From positions 10,144 to 74,143 of the forward strand of contig PLLJ01000042.1 in the NCBI GenBank assembly GCA_003140935.1: DNA of 64,000 bases, written 5' to 3'. The translations under genes and the position numbers were made by a program. The notes below the pieces were generated by a model, which saw nothing but the letters and a program-made list of their open reading frames with translations, was not told where the DNA came from and searched no databases. Source of the DNA: Candidatus Omnitrophota bacterium (GTDB lineage Bacteria; Omnitrophota; Omnitrophia; Omnitrophales; Aquincolibacteriaceae). How positions within the stretch are numbered: position 1 is the first letter of the stretch; the number at the start of each line of letters is the position of its first letter. This document shows positions 27,560-35,998 of the stretch, one piece after another.

Positions 27560-27924
27560 TTTTTTCCGTCTTATGATTTCGCTAAGGACCCATTCTTTTT
27601 ATTACTTCCGGTTCGCCGCGATATTTTCTTATTTTTTGTACGAGTTGAAATCAATTACATCATTTTGATTCAATAAAATACTATAGCTACTATTTAAGCA
27701 ATATGAATAACAATAGCTATCATTTGTATTAATTTGTAGCATTACTATATATTTCTTATCAATATAAGCTAAATTACAATAAAAAATTTAATATCTTTGA
27801 AATACTATCCTAATTTCTTGAATAACTTAATTATTGTGTTACAATAGCAAAGAAGGTGAGATAATATAAAATATTGATTTATTGCTATAAGAAGATAATT
27901 CTGAAAGGGTGAATAACGGCAAAT
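27560..27924. other. Non-coding island of about 25% GC (genome about 55%) between the tRNA locus and the GGDEF/EAL regulator gene
   Basis: Visible from composition. It contains repeated short motifs (tgaataac x3, acaatagc x2, ttacaata x2, aatactat x2) and a GGCAAATA tandem repeat spanning the downstream start codon. Confidence 0.5.
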
Positions 27925-30081
27925 ATGACGGCAAATAATGGGCTCAAAGTTTTGGTTATTGAGGATGATCCCAACTATTTTATCTTGCTGAATGAACGCC
28001 TGTCCCAAAACAAAGATCCCTCCTTCGAACTTGTACGCAGCAAGCACATGCAATCCGGTCTTGAGCGCCTTCGGGAAAGCGACATTGATGTGGTGCTTCT
28101 GGATCTGACGCTTCCCGATAGCGAGGGGCTCAATAGTTTCGTTTCGGTCCACACGGCATTTCCTTTGGTCCCCATTATCATTCTTACCGCCATCAACGAT
28201 GATGATCTAGCCGCGCAAGCGATCGCATTTGGAGCTCAGGACTTTTTGACGAAGGGGAGTTTCGATCGCCAGCTTTTGGTCAAAAGTATCTGCTACGCCG
28301 TCAGCCGCAATAAGAGTCAGGCCCAGCTGCAAAAGTATTATCAGGAGAACGAACGCTCCAAACGGGCGCTTCTGGAACGGGACGAAAGGTTCCGAAGCCT
28401 CGTTTCGAACATTCCTGGCGCGGTCTATCGTTATACTCTGTCCGTGGCGAAGGAATGGGAAATAGACTTTATCAGTGATGTGATCAAGGACATTGCCGGC
28501 TATCCTGCCGACAACTTCATAGGAAAGAATATCTCCGATTATTTTGAAAAAGTGTTGCCTCAAGACCTTCCGCTTTTGAAGGATGCGTTCGAGAAGGCGG
28601 TTCAGCACGGGAATTTATTTGCCGTGGATTACCGTGTCCGCCATATGAACGGGGATTTCCGGTGGGTCCATGATCGTGGGCGAGCCGTTCGGGACGTGGC
28701 GGGGAGAGTGACACACGTGGACGGCGTTATTTCGGATACCACGGAACGGACCAAAGAGAAAGAACGTTTTAACCAGCTGGTTTATTATGATGCCTTGACG
28801 AATTTACCGAACCGGGAGCTTTTTGTCGACCGTCTGGATCAGGCGATCCAGCAGGCCCGTCGCAAGAAGGAGACGGGGGCGGTGTTAGCTTTAGACCTGG
28901 ATCATTTCAAACGCATTAACGACACGCTGGGGCATCCCATCGGAGACCAATTGATCAAGGCGGTTTCCGTGCGGCTTCTGAAGTTGCTTTTTGACTCCGA
29001 TACCATCACCCGCATCAGCGGAGGAGCTTTCATCATTCTTCTGTCGCGGGTGGCAAAAAGCGAAGACGCGGAGAACGTCGCCACGAAGCTTCTGACGGCT
29101 TTCAAGGCGCCTTTTCTTATTAACGAGCACGAACTTTTCACAAGCTGCAGTATCGGGATCGCGCTTTTTCCAAACGATGGAGAAACAAGCGATATCCTGA
29201 TCAAGAACGCCGATGCGGCCATGCACATCTCCAAAGAACGGGGCAAAGACCGGTACCAGCTTTTTTCCTCCTCGATCGCCAATAGTAGTTTTGAACGGCT
29301 TGTTCTTGAGAGCAGTCTTCGTCGTGCCATGGAACGCAAGGAGTTCCAGCTTTTTTATCAGCCTCAGCTGGATCTTCGTACCGGGAAAGCGATCGGCGCC
29401 GAGGCGCTGATCCGCTGGAAGCATCCGGATCTCGGATTCATTCCTCCGATGGAATTCATTCCGATCGCGGAGGAAACGGGGCTGATCCATCCGATCGGAG
29501 AATGGGTCCTGAAGACGGCCTGCGAGCAGAAAAAACTTTGGGACCGGCAAGGCTTCGAATCTTTTCGAGTGTCCGTGAATCTTTCGGCCCGTCAATTCCA
29601 TTACGCCAATCTTGTGGATATGGTCGGAGACACCATTCGGAAAAGCGGCATCGATCCAAAGTGCCTGGACCTTGAACTGACGGAAAGTACGATCATGGAC
29701 CGTTTGGAAGAGACCACCCTGACCTTGAAAAGGCTCAAGAACATGGGGGCGCGTATTTCGATCGACGATTTTGGGACCGGCTATTCCTCCCTGATGTACC
29801 TGAAGACATTTCCCATCGACTGCGTGAAGATCGACAAGTCTTTCGTCAACGATGTGACCACCGATCCTGATGACCAAGCCATTACCCACGCGATCATTTC
29901 CATGGCGCATAGTTTGAAACTGGAAGTCGTTGCGGAAGGGGTGGAGACCAAGGAACAGCTTGAACTCTTGAAGTCTCAGAACTGCGATGTCATTCAAGGC
30001 TATCTTTTTAGCAAGCCTATCCCTGTCGACGATGTCTCGACATTTCTCTTGAGTGATGCCGCCAAAAAGATCCTCTCTTAA
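27925..30081 (+). CDS. Response regulator with REC, PAS, GGDEF (degenerate) and EAL domains
   Basis: REC: VLVIEDD, DVVLLDLTLPD. PAS/PAC region. GGDEF domain with the active-site motif replaced by SGGAF. EAL domain with an intact EALIRW, DDFGTGYSSL and QGYLFSKP. Confidence 0.85.
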   Translation: MTANNGLKVLVIEDDPNYFILLNERLSQNKDPSFELVRSKHMQSGLERLRESDIDVVLLDLTLPDSEGLNSFVSVHTAFPLVPIIILTAINDDDLAAQAIAFGAQDFLTKGSFDRQLLVKSICYAVSRNKSQAQLQKYYQENERSKRALLERDERFRSLVSNIPGAVYRYTLSVAKEWEIDFISDVIKDIAGYPADNFIGKNISDYFEKVLPQDLPLLKDAFEKAVQHGNLFAVDYRVRHMNGDFRWVHDRGRAVRDVAGRVTHVDGVISDTTERTKEKERFNQLVYYDALTNLPNRELFVDRLDQAIQQARRKKETGAVLALDLDHFKRINDTLGHPIGDQLIKAVSVRLLKLLFDSDTITRISGGAFIILLSRVAKSEDAENVATKLLTAFKAPFLINEHELFTSCSIGIALFPNDGETSDILIKNADAAMHISKERGKDRYQLFSSSIANSSFERLVLESSLRRAMERKEFQLFYQPQLDLRTGKAIGAEALIRWKHPDLGFIPPMEFIPIAEETGLIHPIGEWVLKTACEQKKLWDRQGFESFRVSVNLSARQFHYANLVDMVGDTIRKSGIDPKCLDLELTESTIMDRLEETTLTLKRLKNMGARISIDDFGTGYSSLMYLKTFPIDCVKIDKSFVNDVTTDPDDQAITHAIISMAHSLKLEVVAEGVETKEQLELLKSQNCDVIQGYLFSKPIPVDDVSTFLLSDAAKKILS

Positions 30082-30092
30082 AGCGGTGTGAT

Positions 30093-30119
30093 AGTAAGTG
30101 GTATGTCATATGACTTACT
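30093..30119. repeat. Inverted repeat AGTAAGT-N13-ACTTACT with an embedded GTCATATGAC palindrome, just after the stop of the GGDEF/EAL gene
   Basis: Read directly; no T-tract follows. Confidence 0.3.
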
Positions 30120-30251
30120 GCGACGTACGGCCTGCCATGCACGTACACGATCTCATGTTTCCCATGCTTGGGGTGCTCCGCATGCCTTTCTCCATAATCG
30201 TTTCATAAAGGAAAGCGGCTGGGGGACCGATAATTGTTGCGTGGAATCTCA

Positions 30252-31739
30252 TGGGAAGGAGTTATGAAAAAACATCCGCAGCTTCTTGAGTTGAATGCCT
30301 TCTTTTTTATCTCCAGAATGTCCAAGAAATACGGACACCGTCTGACGCTTGGGACAGTTCCGGTTGCGGAATGGAAGCTGTTCGCAACGCAGGGGTTCGA
30401 TCATCTCTGGCTCATGGGGGTTTGGACCCGCAGTCCCGGTTCTGCCGCTCACGCTGCCAAGGAGCCCGGTCTTTGCCGTGCCTACGACCTGATCCTTCCG
30501 GACTGGACACGAGAAGATGTGACGGGTTCTCCCTACGCCATCTGCGGTTATGAATTGGATCCTTATCTGGGCAGACCGGAGGAATTGCTTCAGCTTAAAA
30601 TGAAACTGAACGGACTGGGCCTCGGTCTTGTCCTGGATTTTGTGCCCAACCATCTTGCTTTCGACCATCCCTGGACCCTGGAACACCCCGAACTCTTCGT
30701 GTCCTGCCGTCCGGAGACTTTACGCGCCCATCCGGAATGGTCCTTCATGACAGCCGAGGGTAAAAAACTCGCGCATGGCCGTGATCCCTATTTTGCTCCC
30801 TGGATCGATACCGTGCAGATCAATTTTTGGTCTCACAAGGCGCGCGAAGTCTGGCTCGGAGAACTTCTCAAGATCGCGAAGGTCGCCGACGGGGTGCGCT
30901 GTGACATGGCCATGCTGGGGATGAACGATGTTTTTCAAAAGGTCTGGGGAGAACATATCACGGAGACGCGGCCCTACACGGAATTCTGGGAGGAGGTGAT
31001 CCCGGAGGTGAAGAAATTTGCTCCGAATTTTATTTTTATCGCGGAAGTTTATTGGGACATGGACTGGCCGCTTCAACAGATCGGATTTGATTTTACCTAC
31101 GACAAACGTCTCTATGACCGGATGTTCTTTGATTCCTCGATCTCGGTAGGCGAGCATTTAAATGCGGAGCCGGCCTATCGCGATAAATGCCTTCGCTTCA
31201 TCGAGAACCATGACGAGGAGCGGGCCCCGGTGACTTTTGGAAAACAAAAATCCAGGGCGGCGGGGATCATCGCGGCGACGGTTCCCGGGCTCCGGTTCTT
31301 CCATGACGGACAGCTTGAAGGACGAAGAATACGGACTCCTATTCACTTACGGCGCGAGCCTGAAGAGCTTGCGGATCCCGTGACGGTCGAGATCTATCGC
31401 CGGCTTTTACGGTATATCAAGGATTCTCCGACCCATGACGGGGAATGGACGCTCTTGGAGACCCGGCCGGCATGGGAAAAAAACGGGACCTGTCGGGCGA
31501 TCCTTGCCTGGCTTTGGGGATGCGGCCAGGATTGGAAACTTATCGTTGTCAATTATTCCGTGATCCGCGCGCAGGCCGCTGTCTGGCTTCCGGAATTCCT
31601 GGGCCGGAAATATTTCATCCATTTCCGGGATGCGCTGACGGACAAGTCTTACGACAGGACAGGGGAAGAACTTTTCAGAAAAGGACTTTATGTGGACCTC
31701 CAACCTTGGCAGGCCCACTTGTTTGATTTTAAAGCCTGA
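30252..31739 (+). CDS. Glycoside hydrolase family 13 (alpha-amylase superfamily) enzyme
   Basis: RBS GGAAGGAG. GH13 regions I (LDFVPNHLA), II (GVRCDMA), III (FIAEVYWD) and IV (IENHDEER). Confidence 0.7.
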   Translation, partial: WEGVMKKHPQLLELNAFFFISRMSKKYGHRLTLGTVPVAEWKLFATQGFDHLWLMGVWTRSPGSAAHAAKEPGLCRAYDLILPDWTREDVTGSPYAICGYELDPYLGRPEELLQLKMKLNGLGLGLVLDFVPNHLAFDHPWTLEHPELFVSCRPETLRAHPEWSFMTAEGKKLAHGRDPYFAPWIDTVQINFWSHKAREVWLGELLKIAKVADGVRCDMAMLGMNDVFQKVWGEHITETRPYTEFWEEVIPEVKKFAPNFIFIAEVYWDMDWPLQQIGFDFTYDKRLYDRMFFDSSISVGEHLNAEPAYRDKCLRFIENHDEERAPVTFGKQKSRAAGIIAATVPGLRFFHDGQLEGRRIRTPIHLRREPEELADPVTVEIYRRLLRYIKDSPTHDGEWTLLETRPAWEKNGTCRAILAWLWGCGQDWKLIVVNYSVIRAQAAVWLPEFLGRKYFIHFRDALTDKSYDRTGEELFRKGLYVDLQPWQAHLFDFKA

Positions 31740-31924
31740 TAAACCTTCCAAGCTTCACATCCCGCGGCAATCGCCCCCCTTCGATGGACGATGAGCGGTT
31801 TCCATGCGGCGCGGCATGCCTGTAAGCGGGGGTGGATCTTAAAACCGAGCTTGGAGTGTGGCGCGTTGTTTGTTAGACTATCAAACCAGCAAGTGCAGAC
31901 ACACAACTTTTTCCAGGAGCTCAA

Positions 31925-34423
31925 ATGCCAGGTGCAAAAAAAATGGACGAAAAGAAAGAGAGCCGGGAACTTTGGCACTTAGAACACAAGGATATGACCA
32001 AAGATGGGATCAAGGAATCCTTTAGCGCCAGTCTTCAATATGGTCTCGCCAAGGATCGGTTCACCGCAACGTCTCACGATAACTTCATGGCTCTCGGAAT
32101 GTCGCTTCGCGACCGTTTGGTGGAGCGTTGGATCCAGACGCAGCAACGCTATCACAAAAAGAATCTCAAGCGCGTTTATTATCTTTCTCTGGAATTCCTG
32201 ATCGGACGGCTTCTCGGAAATTATATTCTGAACCTTGGACTTTGGGACCAGACGCAAAAAGCCCTTGAGGAGTTCGGACTCGATCTTGAAGAGGTCCGCA
32301 ATGAAGAGGTCGATGCGGGACTCGGGAATGGCGGCTTGGGACGTTTGGCCGCATGTTTCCTTGATTCCATGGCGACGCTCGGGATCCCGGCGCATGGTTA
32401 TGGGATCCGCTATGACTACGGGATCTTCAACCAGAAGATCATCAACGGCTATCAAGTGGAATCGCCGGATGAATGGCTCAAGCACGGGAACCCCTGGGAA
32501 TTCGCCCGTCCGGAATATGCGCAAAAAATAAAATTTTACGGCACGACGAACATGTACCATGATAAAAAGGGACGGCTCTCCGTCGAGTGGGTGAATACCC
32601 AGAATGTGCTTGCGATGCCCTACGATACCCCGATTCCCGGGTATAAAAATAACGTCGTAAACACCCTGCGCCTCTGGTCCGCGAGAAGTTCCGAAGAGTT
32701 CGATCTCGAGTATTTCAATGACGGGGATTATGAGCACGCGGTCTATGACAAAATGTTCTCGGAAAATATCTCCAAAGTGCTTTACCCTAATGACGCGACC
32801 TCGATGGGCAGAGAGCTCCGGCTCAAGCAGGAGTATTTCTTTACCGCGGCTTCGATCGCGGACGTTATCCGCCGTTTCAAGGAAGATAACGCGGTCTTCA
32901 AAAGCTTTCCCGGCAAGGCCGCGATCCAGCTCAACGACACCCATCCATCGCTTGCGATCGTCGAATTCATGCGCATTCTTTTGGATGAGGAACAGGTGGA
33001 TTGGGACACGGCCTGGGACCTTACGGTCCGGACTTTTGCCTACACCAACCACACCGTGATGCCCGAGGCGCTTGAATGCTGGCCCGTGCCGATTTTCGAA
33101 AAACTTTTGCCTCGCCACATGCAGATCATCTATGAGATCAACGGCCGTTTTCTGAAAGAGCTCGCGTCCGAATATCCCGGTGATCCGGACCTTTTAGGCC
33201 GGATGTCCATCATCGAAGAGGGGCATCCGAAAAAGATCCGTATGGCCTACCTGGCGATCATCGGGTCCCATTCCGTCAACGGAGTCTCCGAATTACACTC
33301 GAAGCTTCTGAAAGAACAGCTTTTCAGGGATTTTTACGCGGTTTTTCCTGAAAAGTTCAACAACAAAACGAATGGGATCTCCCATCGCCGGTGGTTGATG
33401 AAAGCCAACCGGCCGCTTTCCGGGCTTATTACGGAAGCGATCGGGAAAGATTGGGAAAAGGACCTTCACGAGCTCGAGAAATTGATCCCGCTTAGGAATG
33501 ATCGTCTTCTTAAGAAAAAATGGCAACAAGTGAAAAAGGAAAATAAGAAGTTTCTTGCCGGTCTCATTTATGCGGAAACAGGGACCGTGGTCAATCCCGA
33601 TTCCATGTTCGACGTCCAGGTTAAACGCATCCATGAGTACAAGAGACAAACCCTCTTCATTCTTTATGTGATCTCCCAATACCTGAAGCTCCGGGAGAAT
33701 CCGGGAGCCTCCATCACGCCCAGGACGTTCATTTTTTCGGGGAAAGCCGCCCCGAGCTATTTTCTCGCGAAACTTATCATCAAGTTCGTCAATAACGTCG
33801 CGAACGTGATCAATCACGACAAGGTGATCAAAGATAAACTGAAAGTCGTGTTCCTTCAAAATTACCGTGTTTCTCTGGCCGAGAAGATCTTTCCGGCGAG
33901 CGATCTGTCGGAACAGATCTCGACAGCGGGGACAGAAGCTTCCGGGACCGGGTGCATGAAATTCATGATGAACGGAGCCCTGACCGTGGGGACTTACGAT
34001 GGGGCCAATATCGAGATCGCCGAAGAGGTGGGGAACGAGAATATTTACATGTTCGGCCTCAAGGCTCAGGAGGCCTTGAAAATAAAGAGCGAAGGTTATG
34101 ATCCCCAGAAATTCATCCACAAGTCGCCCTGTCTAAGCCAGATCTTTCAGATGATCCAGAACAATTTCTTCTCACCGATGGAACCCGGCATTTTCGATCC
34201 GCTGGTTCACAACCTGAGCGTGGTCGATCCCTTCATGGTTTGCGCGGATTTTGACGCCTATGGTGCCGTTCAGGACCGTGTTTCGGAGGAGTATCAGGAT
34301 CAGGACACGTGGATTGAAAAATCCATTCTGAATGTTGCCAAATCGGGAAAATTCTCAAGCGACCGCACCATTACCGAGTATGCCAAAAATATCTGGGATA
34401 TCCCGCTTGATCTTCCGAAATAA
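31925..34423 (+). CDS. glgP: Glycogen/alpha-glucan phosphorylase (GT35)
   Basis: 832 aa. The pyridoxal-phosphate site EASGTGCMKFMMNGALTVGTYDGANIE and the glucan phosphorylase N-terminal region. RBS AGGAG. Confidence 0.9.
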   Translation: MPGAKKMDEKKESRELWHLEHKDMTKDGIKESFSASLQYGLAKDRFTATSHDNFMALGMSLRDRLVERWIQTQQRYHKKNLKRVYYLSLEFLIGRLLGNYILNLGLWDQTQKALEEFGLDLEEVRNEEVDAGLGNGGLGRLAACFLDSMATLGIPAHGYGIRYDYGIFNQKIINGYQVESPDEWLKHGNPWEFARPEYAQKIKFYGTTNMYHDKKGRLSVEWVNTQNVLAMPYDTPIPGYKNNVVNTLRLWSARSSEEFDLEYFNDGDYEHAVYDKMFSENISKVLYPNDATSMGRELRLKQEYFFTAASIADVIRRFKEDNAVFKSFPGKAAIQLNDTHPSLAIVEFMRILLDEEQVDWDTAWDLTVRTFAYTNHTVMPEALECWPVPIFEKLLPRHMQIIYEINGRFLKELASEYPGDPDLLGRMSIIEEGHPKKIRMAYLAIIGSHSVNGVSELHSKLLKEQLFRDFYAVFPEKFNNKTNGISHRRWLMKANRPLSGLITEAIGKDWEKDLHELEKLIPLRNDRLLKKKWQQVKKENKKFLAGLIYAETGTVVNPDSMFDVQVKRIHEYKRQTLFILYVISQYLKLRENPGASITPRTFIFSGKAAPSYFLAKLIIKFVNNVANVINHDKVIKDKLKVVFLQNYRVSLAEKIFPASDLSEQISTAGTEASGTGCMKFMMNGALTVGTYDGANIEIAEEVGNENIYMFGLKAQEALKIKSEGYDPQKFIHKSPCLSQIFQMIQNNFFSPMEPGIFDPLVHNLSVVDPFMVCADFDAYGAVQDRVSEEYQDQDTWIEKSILNVAKSGKFSSDRTITEYAKNIWDIPLDLPK

Positions 34424-34548
34424 CTCCTCGCCGTCAGTTTTCACGCGCTACCGCCCATCTCTTCGTTGAAGTGATACCGAGGGTACACCGCAGTTGATTC
34501 CTAGCTCGAGGAAGGCGAAATATCAGGCGCTCTGCATCCAGTACCGGA

Positions 34549-35916
34549 TCAGTCTTTCCAGGGGGATCGCTTCAGGAAGGAAAGAAGACTCCAGTCCCTT
34601 CCTTTTTCCAAAAAGGGGCGTATGCCCACCACGCTGAAAAAAAGTTCCACGCTCGAGATCTTCTGAGCTGATGGTCTCACCTCATGAAAGTGGCGCGAGA
34701 GCAGGAAATGCGAGAGAAAACGCAGGGCGGCTGAGATCACAAAAAGCGTGAGGATCCGCGAACCGTTCAGCGTGGGAAGCCGTTCCGCGAGATAGCCCCC
34801 CAGTCCCGCCCCCACGAACGTGGCCACGCCGTTGATGAAGCCGAAATAACCGAGGCAGCGCGTCCGTTTCCCCGGGCTTACGGCATCATAGATGAAGTTC
34901 AGGGAGCATAAGTTGAAACCTCCCCATACGAATCCCGAAAAGATCTCCATCGTGAAAAGATACACGGGGTTGGACGAAAAAAGCCAAACGATCGGGATCA
35001 GAGGGATGAGAAGGCTCGTGGTCTTAAGCACTTTGGCGTTCCCGATCTTGTCGGCGTGCTTTCCCCAGATGGGGAATGAAACCAGGCTTGCCACGATGGA
35101 GCCCATATGAACAAACATATAAGTCAAATAGCTAAAGTGGATGTCCCGGAGCATGTAGACGCTAAAATAGGGGGCGGCAAGCGTGGTGGCGAAGGTGATA
35201 CTGGCGACATAAAAAACGAATTTCACGAAATTGCTTTCCCGGAAGCGACGCAGAAACATGAAAAAAGTGAACATGTCTTTCGGATTTTTTTGTGCCGGGA
35301 CATCCTGCATCCGGGCCATGAGACCGGAGGAAATGAAGCGGGTGCTTACCGCAGCCCCGAAAAGGATACAAAATCCGGCGGCTGTCGAAAACGATTTGAA
35401 AGCGTTCAATAGGACCCCGCCGAGGATTGTTGTGATCATTCCGGCCATCCCCGTGATGCGCGATCTCCAGCCGAAATACTTGCCGCGCTCCTCAGGGACG
35501 AGATAATCGCTTGCGAGACCTCCCCATACCGTGGCGATCAGATTTGCGAGGATCCTGAATAGGGCGACAAAGAAAATAAGCGCCAGGATCCGCGACGGGA
35601 AGAAAAAGAAAGGAAAGACCGCCAGCGGCAGCAGGAAAAGCGCTTGGAGAAATGAGGCGCGCACCAGAAATCGCAGCCGGCTTCCGAAGAGCTCGACGGC
35701 CTTGATCGCAAAGAATTGCGAAAGAGAGCCCAAAAGGTGCGGGATGGCTACCAGGAAACCGATGTCCATCGGGGTCGCTCCGAGGAAAAGCCCGAGCGGG
35801 ATCAGGTATTCGTCCGTGGCGGCCTGCATCACGCTTGCGGCGATGCCTTCTTTCCATGAGATATCCAGGCTTTTCCGGAAGGGGTTCTGGGAGAGGAAGT
35901 CCTGAAGCTTGAACAT
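34549..35916 (-). CDS. MFS-type transporter (12 TM)
   Basis: Hydrophobicity pattern. Only long minus-strand ORF with a coherent membrane topology. Divergent from the PAS kinase gene. Confidence 0.75.
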   Translation of the reverse strand: MFKLQDFLSQNPFRKSLDISWKEGIAASVMQAATDEYLIPLGLFLGATPMDIGFLVAIPHLLGSLSQFFAIKAVELFGSRLRFLVRASFLQALFLLPLAVFPFFFFPSRILALIFFVALFRILANLIATVWGGLASDYLVPEERGKYFGWRSRITGMAGMITTILGGVLLNAFKSFSTAAGFCILFGAAVSTRFISSGLMARMQDVPAQKNPKDMFTFFMFLRRFRESNFVKFVFYVASITFATTLAAPYFSVYMLRDIHFSYLTYMFVHMGSIVASLVSFPIWGKHADKIGNAKVLKTTSLLIPLIPIVWLFSSNPVYLFTMEIFSGFVWGGFNLCSLNFIYDAVSPGKRTRCLGYFGFINGVATFVGAGLGGYLAERLPTLNGSRILTLFVISAALRFLSHFLLSRHFHEVRPSAQKISSVELFFSVVGIRPFLEKGRDWSLLSFLKRSPWKD

Positions 35917-35998
35917 AAATTGTGCTGGCCCTATTTTTATTCTAAACTTTTATGAAACAATCAGGTTATAATACCACATCGCTATTCGGAGAGAAAAG

